Shown here: positions 14,221-28,894 of the stretch, piece by piece
Position numbering within the stretch: the stretch's first letter is position 1
Layout: every line of letters starts with the position of its first letter
From: the human T2T-CHM13v2.0 reference genome, Homo sapiens
Reading direction: 5' to 3' (one strand)
Assembly: GCF_009914755.1 (NCBI RefSeq)
Contig: NC_060936.1
Length of the DNA: 64,000 bases
The notes under the pieces: model-generated
The model's database searches: none
What the model was told of the DNA's origin: nothing
What the model saw: the letters and a program-made list of their open reading frames with translations, nothing else
Position numbers and translations under genes: made by a program

Positions 14221-16389
14221 CTCTGTTGACCTCAGCTTTCCTGTCTAAGATGCTCTAGGATACTCTGTGTCTGTGGCAACTTCTAGAGAAACAAAGTTTC
14301 TATAAAATGCTGCTCGTCCCTGCCCTTACCCCACTCCAAATTTCATATTGAAAAAGAAAAACCATATGGGAACTGAGAGAGAGCATATGGGTGTGAGGTG
14401 AAACATACGGGCCGATAGAGGCAGGGCTGCAGTACCCGTCTGCTTGTCTTGGTTACTTGTCTATTGCTTTTTAATGTGTTCCTTTTTTCTCTCAGCAATT
14501 TTGTTCTTGGAGGATTTGCTTTTCCCTTCCTTTGTGCATGATTTAATCTCAAATGAGATGAGTGATATAAAAAAATCTCCAGAAATGGTTTTTTGCTCAG
14601 ACCTGCATCTCTATTCTGCATGCCTCTGCGGGGTGCTGAGTCTGGGACCACGAGGACAAAGTGCATAGTGCACTGCATAGTGCCACCTGAGGCACAGCAG
14701 CCCTGGGGAAGGATGCAGAGCAGTCTTGAGTACCTATCTGAAGTCTTTGAAACTAGCTTCTTTTCTGGCTCCAAAGAGATACTGAGATACTGGGATGGGT
14801 ATATACCCTTAGGATGAGGGGACTGAGTTTTTCCAAAATTGTTACTGACATGGCTGAGAACATGCTTGATAGGGAATAAGGTGAGTGACAGCTTGAAGAA
14901 AACACCCTGGCACCCAGTGGTATTCTTATGGCCCTTGCATTCCTTCTCAGAAACCTTGCAGAGCCCCAGAAAGTTCTCCTGGCCCCATCCTCAGAGTGCC
15001 ACTCTCCGTGCAGTGTGCTCAGCTGTCTTGCAGGGATGGTTCGGTTTACTCCCTGTCCCTCCCTTCTCACTCCCCAGAAGATGGAGGAATTAGGACCCTC
15101 CTTACCAAAAGGCTGTGTCCCACACTTGCTACTAATTACAAAATTGTCTACTAGGTGTTGCAGGCTGGTTTTCATAGTGGCCATTAACTATGATTGATTG
15201 TCCTTGTTGAACGATGACTTGATGAGCAACTTCACTGAATGTTTAATAAGGTGAAGTAGAGCACAGAGGATATCATTTTAAAAATACTGAGTGTGGACAG
15301 TGAAGATTATCATTTAATTTGGTACTTAGGTAATTAGGTTTGCAAATAGGAGGCTGGTTGGCCAAATTGTGTTACTTCAGGCAAACTCTTAAGTTGTTTA
15401 CCTGCTTTCTGCAAGTGTTACTTTGAAAAAACAAAATCCCAATGATGAATTGAAATTAAGTCCTAAAAATCATACACCACACCTTACTATAAGCCTTGTC
15501 AACGGAAGGCTGATTTTTACTAATTTCTTATATTTAAACTCTAATTTTCCCTCGGTGTTCTTTTTCTGCCTTTGATTAATGGTGTGTCTATTCATCAAGT
15601 CCCATTTATGTAAAGCATTTATTGAAGTTGGGTAATTGCTGTCTTTTATGTAAGTAGAATGTCTTGCTCCAGGGAGGTAATACAAATAAATGCATTGTAC
15701 ATTAGATTGAACATCTTTCAGTTCATCAATTACAGGATGGGGTGTTTTTTCATTACCAGAAGATGAGAGTTACTTTGCCACTTTAGTCAAAACATGACCC
15801 TAGCAAGACCCAAAATTTAATTTGGGGCAATCTGTTTAACTTCATCCGTGCCAGAAAACCAGATACCATCTACCCTAATCGTCTGATTTAAAATTTTTAA
15901 AAAGTTACTGAATTTTTCCAGAGAAACACATATCTGAAATTATTATGAGAAAATAAGTTCTGATTTGCAAAATCTAGTTTGCAACATATATTCTTTCAGG
16001 AACATAACTAGCTCATAAACTGAGGACACCTGTTCACTTAATTTTTTTTCCTAATTCAGTATTGGTGCCAGGACAGCTGGTTAAACTTGGAGGAAGTTTT
16101 ACTATATTCCTTAAAATAGTTGTGAAGTCCAGTGCAATAGTTAAAGCTAGAATAGAAACTCAAGAAATCCAATTCAGCTGGCACTGATCATGAATATTTA
16201 AACCCATGTCATTAGATTATCCATAGTTATTTTGTGAGGATTTGCTGATAACGTTTCTTTCCAGATTTGAAATCCCTACTTGTGTGAGGGGTTTTTTTTA
16301 AACTGTTAATGGGAGCCTTAGTAGATTTATTAGTAATAAACAGTATGTTTTTCTGATTATGATTCTTTTAAATAAGTCTTCCAGTTAAT

Positions 16390-16620
16390 AATAATTACGT
16401 TTATTGAAGATCTACACTGTATTGGGCATGAAATAGTATATTACTTAACCCTTACAACAACCATATAATATGCATTCTTATCTCTCCTTTAAAGATGAAG
16501 AAACTAGTGTTCTTCACTAGCCTCCCTCAAGGGTCACAAAGCTGGTAAAGTGGCAAAGGAGTGTTGGAACCCAGGTGTGTGAGATGTCAAAGCTCACAGG
16601 CTTAATCACTAGACTTTACT
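16390..16620 (-). mobile_element. MIR
   Basis: tttattgaagatctacactgt...aaagatgaagaaact...gggtcacaaagctggtaaagtggc. Confidence 0.7.
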
Positions 16621-17272
16621 CAGATGAATTCATCAGATTTATCTTCTGGCTTTGAAACTTTCAAGTCCTTTGCATTATCCCCTTTTAACTCAGCATTGAG
16701 GTGAAGTGAAGGATGGACTTGACCCTGTGGCCTCCTTGTACTATGTGTGCATCCACATCCTTAACTCCTGATGAAAGTTCTAATTAGTGCCTAGACGATG
16801 GATCAACTTTTTACAACACCCACATTGTGGAAAATGCCTGCGTGTTTGGTCCAATAGTGGAATCCATTTAAGGTGACATCAATAGGAAAATGACACAGAT
16901 ATTCTAAATCACCAACTGGAATTCCGAGAGATGAATGCTGAAATTCTTACTTTCCTTGTCATTTCCACCAACATCCTTTCAGACTGAGGGTTCCCCTCCG
17001 GAGCTTCTGTGGGTTCCAGCTCCATAGTGCTTCCCATGTTTGTCCGTCCTTCTCCTTGCCCCTCCACCGCCAGCTGGTTTTCGGCTTCTCTTTTCTTCTC
17101 TACTCTTTCCTTCCAAGGAGCTTCCTCATGGGTTCCTCTACCCCCAGTCTGACCTTGCTGCAGTCATTCTGCTACCAGAGTGATCTTTTTTATGCCACTT
17201 TCTTGATGAAAATCCTTCTCTGGCTCTCTCTTGCTTTCTCAGTCTTTTTAGCTCCTATAGCACTCAATAACC

Positions 17273-17749
17273 TGTGGTAGGCTGAATAATGGCTCCCCCA
17301 AAGATGTTCACATCCCTATCCCCAGAATCTGTGAACATCACCTTATATGGCAAAAGGGACTTTGCAGACGTTATTAGGTGAAGAATCTTGAGATAGGGAG
17401 ATTCTCCTAGGTGACCCAGTGGGCCCAGTGTAATCACAAGGGTCCTTATAACAGGGATGCAAGAGAGTCAGAGGGAGAGAAGGTGATGATGTGACATTGA
17501 AGCAGAGATTGGGGTGTGCTTTCAGTCCAGGGCCAGGGGATGTCAGCAGGCTCTAGAAGCTGGAAGAGGCAAGGAATGGATTCTCCCCAACAGCCTCCAG
17601 AAGTCGCTAGCCTTCCTGATGCTTTGGTATTTGCCTCTGAAAAATCATCTGGACTTCTGCACTCCAGAACTATAACAGAATAAATCTGTGTTGTTTCAAG
17701 CCACTACGTTTGTGGTCATTTGTAAGAGAAGCAGTTGGAAACATATACA
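17273..17749 (+). mobile_element. MLT1D/C-family MaLR solo LTR
   Basis: tgtggtaggctgaataatggctccccca...ggcaaaagggactttgcagacg...agaataaatctgtgttgtttcaagccac...ggaaacatataca. Confidence 0.85.
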
Positions 17750-17784
17750 AACCTGTAATCATTGATTTTTTTTCCCCACTAGAT

Positions 17785-17992
17785 TTGTGCTGTCAGATAT
17801 CACGTACATAAGCCACATGTGCCTAGATAAATATAACTTTAATTAAAATTAGAGACAAAAATTTTAAAGTTCCATTTTCTAGCCATACCACGTATCAAGT
17901 GCTCCATAGCCACACGCAGCCAGAGCCTACTGTACTGTGTAGTGTCAGCATAAAACATGTCCATAGTTGCAGCACGCTCCATTGGACAGCAT
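17785..17992. mobile_element. MER3-like hAT-Charlie MITE
   Basis: gtgctgtc...tcaagtgctccatagccacacg...ccattggacagca. Confidence 0.6.
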
Positions 17993-19105
17993 GCTTAGGA
18001 CAGGAGTTGTGCCTTGTCTACCTGGACCTGCCCCTAATATTGGCTAGCATCTCCTCACATGGAATTCTGGAAGCCTCGCCCCCTTCTTTCCTCACCCCCA
18101 GCTCTGCTCCTCACTGTGCAGGGCCTTGGATGTGCCTGGAGCAGAGGCCAGGCAGGCCCTGGAAGCAGTCTTGGGCTGTATGGATGGGGGATTCCAGATC
18201 GTATATGTAGAGCATACTCTAAATGTGGGGCAGGATGTGGCCTCCATTCCCTTGGCCCTCAGGACTCCTGACCAGGACAGAGCCCCCATTTGCCCAAGTC
18301 TGAAGGTGTCCTCTTTGTACCTATCACAATGCCTGATAGTGGGTGGTAGGTGCATAGCATTGTTGAATAAACAAATTTACTGAAAACCCACTCATGCCCT
18401 GATTTGTATGAGTACTAGAATTCCACAGAGAATAAAACAATTTCCCTGATTCATGGAGCTTACATTCCAGAAGGAGAAAGAGCTGATTCGTCAATAAATA
18501 GTTGTATATTCTAATGTCAGGGAGTGATAAGTGCTATGAAGAAAAATAACCATAGTAATGGGATGGAGTGACGGAGGTCGGGGGCTGGTGGATATATTTT
18601 AGATAAGTGGTTGCAGAAAACCTTTCAGGGGAGGAGACATCTGAGGACAGACCTCAATCAAGTAAGACAGGGAAGGTGGAAAGGAGGAAATTAAATGATC
18701 TGGGCTCCAGTTTTATCACTGATCTTCAGAACTTCAAGTCACCTAATAGTGTTCTCCCACATTTTCTCCCACTGCTTCCCTCTGTGTGGTTACACTGGGT
18801 GCCCATACTGGCTGAGATTTTGCTGATGGTCATTATTTAGATATTGACAATTGTGTGTATATATATCTATATGGTCTTTTTTTCCAAATACAAAATTTCA
18901 CTGTAATATTGAATATTCCTTTTTCAAACTACATACTTTGGGATGCTGATATATGTCCTCTACTTCCCAATAAGAGTGTCCACTTTTTACAATGTAGGCT
19001 GCTATTTAAATTCTAGTTTAAGGAGACTTTTATGCTAAAACAATACTTAAACAGTGCAGAATTACCACTTGTTCTAACTTTTCCCCTTGACCAATGCTTT
19101 GGTGA

Positions 19106-19413
<308 letters not shown>

Positions 19414-19462
19414 AAAACATCCTGATTTTCTAATTCTCATTATACCCTTAAAACTACTCTAT

Positions 19463-19775
19463 AGAACTGCATTGTCCAATATGGCAGCTACTGGCCCTTC
19501 GTGGCTATTCAGGGTTTGAAAGGTGGCTAATCCAAGTTGAATGTGCTGTCGGGGTAAAATGCACAGCAGATTTTGAAGACTTAGTATAAGAAATCATAAA
19601 AGCATAAAATTATTAATATTTTATATTGAGTACATGTTGAAATTATAGTATTTTTGTATGTTGAGTTAAAATATATTTTTAAAATAAATGTTACCTGTTT
19701 CTTTTACTTGCTTTAATGTAGCTTCTAGAAAATTTAGAATTATGTTTGTGGCCTACATTTATAGCTTATATACTA
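19463..19775 (+). mobile_element. MER33-like hAT MITE
   Basis: ctgcattgtccaatatggcagctactggcc...gtaaaatgcacagcagattttgaagacttagta...ttacctgtttcttttact. Confidence 0.7.
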
Positions 19776-20117
19776 TTTTTGTTTGCTTACTTTCTAAGGG
19801 TATATGCCGTGGAGAGAAAATAAAAATGTATGGGATGAATATGTTCAACAACAGCCACAGAGCATAACTCCACAGGAACCACCAGTTAAGAGAGAAGAAT
19901 CAATAGACAGTGCATTGTTTAGTAGATTAATGAGCTTCTTTTAAATATGAGTGTTACTACTTTAAAATTGTATCTCCATGGCATATTTTTCTTCTTTTTA
20001 AGTTTTTCTCGGAACTGAAGTTTTAAGATAGTGTCATCTTTTAAGAGCAAGGTATAATTTTTCAGGACCACTGGGGAAAAGTTTTAGTGAGAACCTTTGT
20101 TAAAATAGTAGTATTCA

Positions 20118-20480
20118 TTTTTTAATGTTTTTAATTGACACATAATTGTACATGAGATATTTTGATATGTGTGTACAATGTAGACTGATAAAATCAGAGT
20201 AATGGACATAGCTGTCACCTCAAACATTTATCATTTCTTCGTGTTGGGAACATTCAGAATTCTGTCTTCTAGCTATTTTAAAATATACAATAATGTATTG
20301 TTAACTGTAGTCACCTGCTGCACTATAGAACACTAGAACTTATTCCTCCAATCTAATTGTAATTTTTTACCCATTAACCAACCTCTCTGTATCACCCATC
20401 CTCCCTACCCTTCCCAGTCTCTGATGACCACTATTTTCTTTACTTCTGGGAGAGCAACTTTTTAAGCTCCCTCATGAGTA
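20118..20480 (-). mobile_element. L1MA 3' end
   Basis: ttttaattgacacataattgtacat...cttctagctattttaaaatatacaat...tatagaacactagaacttattcctcc. Confidence 0.82.
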
Positions 20481-20789
20481 ACATTTTAGAAGTAAAAAAA
20501 AATGTTTAAATACAAGAAGATAATAGTATTCAGTATTTCAGAGATTTGTGAGCTCTTTGAAATTTTTCTTAATTAAATCACCCAGTATACCCAAATAGAA
20601 CTTTGCTGAAATACACAAAATCATTTTTTAAATCAACAGGTTGTCAGAGTAAGGTTGTTTTATTTGTTTTATAAAGAAAATTATGTAATTGGGAACAGCA
20701 GAAGTTGCTGAGAGAACAGAATGTATTTTGGTTTGATTTTTTTTCCCCTGGGGAAGTGAGAAAAGAGGAGGAAGTAAAGAATTCTAGGA

Positions 20790-21000
20790 ACCCGCCTTCA
20801 GCACCCAGCTTCAGCTACCAGCCGGGTGGCTGTGGGCAAATTCTTAGTCTCTTTTTGCCTCAGTCCTCATCTGTAAAACTGAGATGATAATAATAATACT
20901 TATCTAATAGGATTGGTATAGAATTTAAATGAGTTAATTCCTACAAAATAGAATTGTGTCTGACATAATATCCACTCTCTCACATTTAGCTATAGCAATA
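20790..21000 (+). mobile_element. MIR
   Basis: tgcctcagtcctcatctgtaaaactgagatgataataa...aaatgagttaat. Confidence 0.72.
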
Positions 21001-21079
21001 TATGATTATAATTGTTATTACTATTATTAGATATCTTATATTTGAATGAGAAATTTAAGTTTTTGAAGCCTTTTGTCAT

Positions 21080-21240
21080 TCATCCTTTCATCCTTCATGC
21101 AACAGTGTTGGGAGTCCACAAGGGTGAGTATTTATTATACCTGTTTTAAGGATGAAGTCACTTGAGCCCTAAAGAGGATTAGTAACTTGCCCAGGGTCAC
21201 TTAAGTAGTGGCAGAGCTGGGAATCTCATCTAGTATTCTC
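21080..21240 (-). mobile_element. MIR
   Basis: gaggattagtaacttgcccagggtcac...agtggcagagctggga. Confidence 0.65.
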
Positions 21241-21684
21241 AATTGACCCTTTCCAGTAGCCTGAGAAGTAGGACTTAATAAACCCCAGAGAAAGCATTAC
21301 GCTTGAGGCCTATATAACTCCCTAGTTACACTGTGGGTTTTCTTCTTTGAATTACATCCCAAGAACAGCTCACTAGTGGTTACTTGTGGATGGCTTGAGA
21401 GTGTGTTCATTTTACCTAAAACCCCAGCGAAGTCTAAATTTTAACATTTCATAGCAGAGGACTAACTGTATTAAAATGATGGTGTCTTCATCCAATTTAA
21501 CTGTGTTTAAGGCCCAATTCCCTGTTCACTATGTAATATTGAGTCACTTTTGTCCTTTTGTAAAATGAAAATCGTACTACTTTGCTCCCAAATTAAGGAT
21601 CTGGATCCATTGATCTCGCCTAATTGTTTTCAGATACAGAATCTGTAATCTTGCTTAAATTTAGGCTTATACGGGGAAAAAATA

Positions 21685-21890
21685 CGAGCTTTAGAGCCAG
21701 ACAAAGATGCATTGAAACCTGGCTCTGTCACTTAACGTTTTGTAGCCTTGGACTAATTAGGGGACCTTTTTGAATCTTAGTTTTCACATCTGCAAAATAG
21801 GAATGTTCGAATGTGTGCTTTGGGACTGTTATAAGGATTCAAGGTAAGCTAATAAAGAGCCTGGCTTTTGGGAGGGGCCCAGTGACAGTG
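21685..21890 (+). mobile_element. MIR
   Basis: ctttagagccagac...ggctctgtcactta...tcttagttttcacatctgcaaaatagga. Confidence 0.65.
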
Positions 21891-22229
21891 GGTATTGATG
21901 CTCTGAAAATTCTACCTATATAGACCAGTGGAGTTGTACCTTCCGCACCAAAGACAGTATATGAACACATCATTGGGTTTTGGAAAATCAAAATGAATGT
22001 AACCTAGAGCTTTGCGTATTAGAAAAATATTTGAAAAGATATACAACAGGCAAATTTATTTTAAAAAGATATACAACAAAATGGTAAGTGTATTAATAGC
22101 TTGGTAATAGAAAATCAAGCATATTTTGGTTACATTTTCTAACTTTTTATGATGCATATGTCTACTTTTGTAGGAATAAAAAGTTATTTTTTTATTTAAA
22201 ACATCATTTACATTAAAAAAAATACAGTG

Positions 22230-22393
22230 GGCTGGGTGTGGTAGCTCACACCTATAATCCCAGCACTTTGTTAGGCTGAGGCAGGAGGGTCACTTAAAGC
22301 CAGGAGTTCAAGACCTGGCTGGGCAACATAGTGAGACCTCATTGGCATCACAGTGAGACCTCATCTCTGCAAAAAATAAATAAATTTAAAAAA
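22230..22393 (+). mobile_element. FLAM / Alu left monomer
   Basis: Single monomer with a local duplication of agtgagacctcat. Confidence 0.85.
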
Positions 22394-22524
22394 ACACAGA
22401 AAGTAATTGTACTATGTTAACATATGTGTTCTCTGAATGGGTGATTTCCCTCCTTTCTACTTTTCCAATTTTCTACAATAAGCATGTTTGTATGAATAAC
22501 GGAGAAGATAAAAGTGCATTTTTC

Positions 22525-22841
<317 letters not shown>

Positions 22842-23864
22842 TAGGCATAATCACTACCCCAAATGGAATTTGCAGTACATTAGAACTCACAAAAATATAA
22901 ATTCTTGGGAATGTGGGAAGATGTTTTAGGACCAATAGATATAATAATAATAATACTGATAGTAGTTATTCTTTATTGAGCATTTTCTGTATGAGGCTCT
23001 ATATTTGAACTTTTTCCATGCATTTTCTAATTTAATCCTCACAACAGGTTAATGAGATTGATTTCAGTTGAGGCTTATGATGATGTAAATTACCCAAGGC
23101 AGGACTCAGAACTTAAACTTGTGCTTTCAAAGGAAAAAGAAAATCCTCATTATGTTAACAAAGGAAATCTTCACTTATGCTAAGCTAGGGAAATAAAACT
23201 TTCCACAGAATTTATGACCAAATTCACATTGGATCAAGTTTTCTCAGCTGTTAGCTATAATATAAACTTAAACTACCACCCCATATTCTAATTTTTTTTT
23301 TCTAGAATTTCTTTTAATTTGGTAACTTGGGGGGTGAGGGAAGGAATGGGGGTGGTTTTAATAGAATATCTTTTTCTTAATTTAGGCTTAAAAGACAGCA
23401 TAGGAAAACAAGGGGTAGAGGTAACATGAAGGGAGAGGTTTGTTGAGTGGAAATGGGTGGTGATACTGGAAGCTGGTTTTGTGCACTCCAAGTCTGGAGG
23501 AAATGGGTAAGTAAATCGGCTCCCCTTCTGTAATGGGTAATGAGCTTGGTGACTGTCTTCCTTTTAGCCTCTGGTTCCCAGATTAGGAAAAGATGTTAGA
23601 TTAGAGTTGAAGGAAATTTCATATATGAGTATTCATAATGATTAACCCTTTTTTTCCTAAGAATTTCCATATTCACGTCTCATAAGTTGCCTTATGTCCT
23701 GAGCTTTTTGATAGGTTGGCTTTATCCTGTCTTTTAAGTGCATTTACTCATACAGTACCCTTCTGGAAGTTTGATATTTATTTTAAAAATTATTTCTGTG
23801 AGCCGTTTGGGAGGAGGGCAGGCAGTAGCCTGGCTTATTCATTTTTATATAAAAGCAACTAGCA

Positions 23865-24152
23865 GGCTGGGTGTGGTAGCTCATTCCTGTAATTCCCCCA
23901 CCTTGCGGGGCCAGGGTGGGAGGATCACTTCTCCCCAGGAGTTCAAGACCCACCTTGGCAACATAGTGAGGCCTCATTTCCACTAAAAATAAAAAAACTT
24001 AGCCACATGTGATGGCATGCACCTATAGTCCCAGTTACTCGGGAGGCTGAAGAGGGAGGATGGCTTGAGCCCAGAAAGTCGAAATTAAAGTGAGCTATGA
24101 TTGCACCACTGCACTTCAGCCTGGGTGACAGAGCGAGACCCTGTCTCAAAAA
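23865..24152 (+). mobile_element. AluJ
   Basis: Dimer; TSD-like agcaactagca on both sides. Confidence 0.92.
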
Positions 24153-24943
24153 GCGCTTAACTAGCAAAAAAAGAGCAACTAGCATGAGTCATATTGTTGG
24201 CATTCGATACATTTTTGTTGAACCAGTGGACGAGTTCTTATTGCAGGCAAGGAAACTTTTCCTAGGGTTGGAGTTGCCTGACAAAAGCACAGGTTGCTCT
24301 GGGAGATGGGACATTCTGGGCAGGAATGGGCTTGGGGGGATTTGACCCCTGGATTCTTTGTAGGACTAAGTGATGTTTAAGCCTTGTTGTTAAGTGTGAG
24401 ATTCTGTAATTCTGTTTCTCTAGCATATGCCCAAAGGGAAGAGATATGAAAAGCTAATTGGAACTGCAGATTGTCCTGGAAAGCCTTTGTTAGCAAAAGT
24501 GATGAACAGGTTTTGTATCAGCACTGAGAGCAGAAGGGCTTTCCCCCAGTTTCTGGAGTCAGCATCAACAGTGCTCATCCTGAGAAACAGTTCCAGTAAG
24601 CCTGGACTTCAGATCATCTTCCAGATTTAGGCTGAGCCCCAGGAAGGGAATGGTGAGGAGGAGAAACTGTTCTAGTATTTTCAATGCTAGGAAACTAGTG
24701 TGAGAAGTTTTAGAATAAGTCAATTCATTGGCATCCAAGTTACAAATACATTTACTTAAGAGCCAGGAAATAATGTGACTCACTAAATATGTTACCTTAA
24801 ATTATTTTAATTGGTCTCCACACACCATTTACATTGCTGCCACATTCATGAGGTCCTATACACTATTATTGATGTGAATTTTGTTCCTCTTATATTTATG
24901 ACAAGGTATTAATTTTGTCCAATAAGCTTAGAATTTCTGTACA

Positions 24944-25293
24944 TCAGAAGTTACAAAATGGTAGGCCATAGGGAAAATCTGGCACAAGAATATGCTTTGT
25001 TTGGCTGTACAGTATTTTGTTTTAATTAGTTACTGATATTTAACATTTTGGAGATTTTTACCCAAAAATCCAGATTTCTGGCTTCTCTCTCAGAAAACAA
25101 AAATACCAGATTTGGCATAACTGCATCATACCTCCTACACAGTGGCCATTATCTGGAGGTTGGTGGCTAGATGAAGCATGTGCCCCCCATGTAACCATGG
25201 TCATTACCGTCTCTTGTTACTTTACACCCTGCCTGCATCTCTCATTTGGGGGACCTGTCTTGTCTGTGAGGGCATTGGAGTTTGTGACCCCTG
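24944..25293 (+). mobile_element. MER102-like hAT-Charlie MITE
   Basis: tgctttgtttggctgtacagt...aaaaatccagatttctggcttctct...gagtttgtgacccctg terminus. Confidence 0.65.
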
Positions 25294-26217
25294 CTCCATG
25301 TGTAAGGCTCACAGGCAGGTCTTAAGTCTGTAAGTGGCTACCGTTTCAACCCTGTCAGGACTGCTGAACAACGTGAAGTGTTTCATTGGATTTGGGCAGA
25401 GTGTTGTGTCTTCAGGATAATCCTGGCCAGTCAACTCTGTAACCAGAGGGAAGAAGAAAAAATGTATTCATCCTGTGCTGTGCTGTTGGCATTCAGGAGA
25501 GCCCTAGTCTAGGAGACTGGGCCTGAAGTGCCCTGCAGACTGCTCGCTTGCCTCTGCTCATGGTTACTTGGCACCTGTGCTTGGGGAAGCATCCAATGGA
25601 GTGGCAGAGGCTCAATGCCATCCATTCAGACAGCTTTCTGAATGCCGGCAGCCAAGAGAACATCAGCTGTGCCTGTGAGTAGTGTGGGTCCCCGCCAGAA
25701 ACATCTAAACTTCAAAGGGAAAAAAATCGTACTGTGGGTCGGTGTGGAAAGCTTTTGGTCTTCTTGAATTTTACTCGTTTTCACAGAGAAGGAAGATGGT
25801 GTGAAGCATTCTGATGGACTCCACCTGTTTTTAGGTGCCAAGATAATTAAGCTAGAGTAGTTGCATTTAAAACCTAACCATGAAAATAAAATGAATACAA
25901 AGAATTTCTGTTTGGTGTCAGAGCTACCTTAGAATTAGGGAACTGTGAAAGAAGATCTTGGATGAATCTGATGGCAGATTTCATTAAAGTTGAAGTTACA
26001 TATTCATGACTGATTTTGATTGCACCATTTCTAAGGTCTTAAAGCGGTGGGGGTGGGGAGGTCTTATAACCGAATAACCTACTCTTTCGTTCTAAAAGAA
26101 AAAGAAATCGTGCTTTTGTTTTGACTTGAAATTTTATTCTCATGCTGGCCCAAGAGTAAAGTCTGATACCTGGAATGTACTGGCAGCAAAATGTACTGTT
26201 TAAAAATCTGAAACATC

Positions 26218-26648
<431 letters not shown>

Positions 26649-27699
26649 TCATTTTCTACCATGCTGCCTTTCCTCACATGTCCCTCCTGACTTTCTCCTC
26701 TTTTAAATTTTTCTTACTCCCCTTGAGCTATGCTTCCCTTTATCCTTTTCCTGTTCCCACCTTCCCCCTTTCCCCAGACCATCAGTCCAGGGTCTTCTGT
26801 TTTCATCTCTTTACTACTTCCGCCTCTTTTCCAAGACACAGGGAAATTTAACAGAGAGGAGTGTACTGTGTGGGCAGAAAGCTGGGGAGGAGAGTTTAAA
26901 TTAAAAGGCAACATTTACATTGTAGATGCGTAATTAGGGGGAGAGGTGGTGAGAGCTATCTGGTGCTGGGGATTTGGATGAAGGAGGACAGTATTTCTCC
27001 AGCAGTGCACTAAGAGCTATTTATGCATCTGATCATGTTTAGAAATGAAACTCTTCCAGATAAGAACAGATGTAAAAGGGTGGGTGTGGCAGAGGCAATA
27101 TTGCTAATCATATCTGAGACCTTACAAAAAACTTATAGGGAAGTAGAGGTATGAGATTAAAAAATGTTAACATTTTCATCATAGTATTTCTGCAATGCTG
27201 CTTTGTTGTAATATTTAATGATATATTTTTAAAGAAGTGTAACTTTTCAAAGTAGTTTGCAAGTTGAATAGACCATAAAACAAATAAGAAAAGCAGAAGA
27301 TCAGTGTTTAAAATAATTGTAATTTTAAGCCACTTTCTTTCAAAATTTAAATCTAATTATATTGAAAGGCAACTCGGATTGCATTATGGTACTCACAAAT
27401 CCTTCCATTCCATATCCTTGAACGTAGCTGGAACTGCCCCCTCCCTTATCAAAATTAACACAAAACAATGTTAAAAATCTGTTGTTCCCTATTTGGCAGG
27501 AAATGTCATTTCCTGATAATTTCATTAGTTAGAACATAAATCTACAGCTATCTTTTCTAAATGTGCATAATTTACATTTGTTTTTAACTTGTTAACTAAG
27601 TTGAAGCATTTCCTGTAATAAATGAACAAAGAGCTGAATCAAGATAGCATCCTATATCATTTTAGAATATTTACTTTAAAATGCCCTAATAATTAGCCC

Positions 27700-28125
27700 A
27701 GCCTCTGCCTACCTAACCACCCTGCGATACAAAGCAAACTGCCATGCTTCTAACACCCTGAGCTCTCTAGACACTCTCAGCCACTCCTTTTGTCCATAGT
27801 ACCCTTTCGGAGCCCACCCACAACTTACCAAATTTCTGCTTTGCTGATAGCTCCAGTGTCATTCCAGAGCCTTCCCTGATTTACCTGGGCAGAATTTGTT
27901 GTTCCTGCCTATGTGTTCTCATAGTACTTTCTTCATGCTTCCATGATAGGGCTTATTACCTTGCATTGTAAATGATGATAATTATACAACTAATAGTTAC
28001 ATGTTTTCCTGTCTGTAGACCAGGAGGTAACCTGGGAGGCCCCAAGGTAAAGAAATAATGGATTTTTTATATCTCCAGAGCCCACTACCTGGAAGATGCT
28101 CAGTAATGTTTGTCAGATGAGTACG
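27700..28125 (+). mobile_element. L2 3' region
   Basis: ccagagccttccctga...tatctccagagccca...gatgctcagtaatgtttgtcagatga. Confidence 0.55.
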
Positions 28126-28439
28126 TAAGCATTTTTAAATTTACTTGTTCCTTGTTGACTAGACATTGTTTAATGAACATTGTTGAATTCAGTTTTTTTT
28201 CAGATTATGCAGGTAAAAGCTGGATGTTTGTGCAGGACTAGAAGTATACTTTTATTATAGAGTTTGGCTCACATCTGAGGATGAAATAGAAAACTTACTT
28301 TTAACACAGGTTGTCTGTCACATTGGACATTTTCTTTGGTACTTGAAGAGATAAAATAATGAAGAAGAGAATTAACATATCTGACATTTTAAAGCTAGTT
28401 AATGGTCAGTACTTGCTAAGGCCTGAAAAATCTTAAAAG

Positions 28440-28490
28440 GTGTGTGTGGGTATAGGGGTGTGTGTGTGGGTGTGTGTGTGTGTGTGTGTG
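28440..28490. repeat. Imperfect (TG)n microsatellite
   Basis: Directly visible. Confidence 0.9.
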
Positions 28491-28778
28491 ATCTTTTTTT
28501 TAGCTGAAAAAATAATTGCCATCTCTTTAAGGATTTTGTAGCCTAAAACTTGAAAGGCTTTTATTTTATGATTTAGAATTGCGGCTTTCAGTTGTAAAAT
28601 GGATGTTGAGGAAGCATGGGTAATGAGGCTATTCTCTGGCTTCCTTTTTTCAGCTCCTGTCCAGAGTCCAGGTAGTCCATGTGGACCAGAGGTGATTGGA
28701 GCTCTCATTTATTGAAATGTAGTTAAATCAAAATAAGAAAGTTGCCAATAGAAATCCAATCAAAGTCTCTAATAGAAA

Positions 28779-28894
28779 GCTGGGCATCATGGCTCATGCC
28801 TGTAATCCCAGCACTTTGGGAGGCCGAGGTGGGAGGATTGCTTGAGCCCAGGAGTTAGAGACAAGCCTGGGCAACAGAGCAAGACCTTGTCTCG
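28779..28894 (+). mobile_element. FLAM
   Basis: Single monomer; TSD aaagtctctaataga on both sides. Confidence 0.9.

Noticed and set aside
14343-15197. Cluster of overlapping 74-143 aa ORFs on both strands
   Set aside because: No recognisable homology, codon bias or splice-consistent structure; expected by chance in moderately GC-rich DNA.
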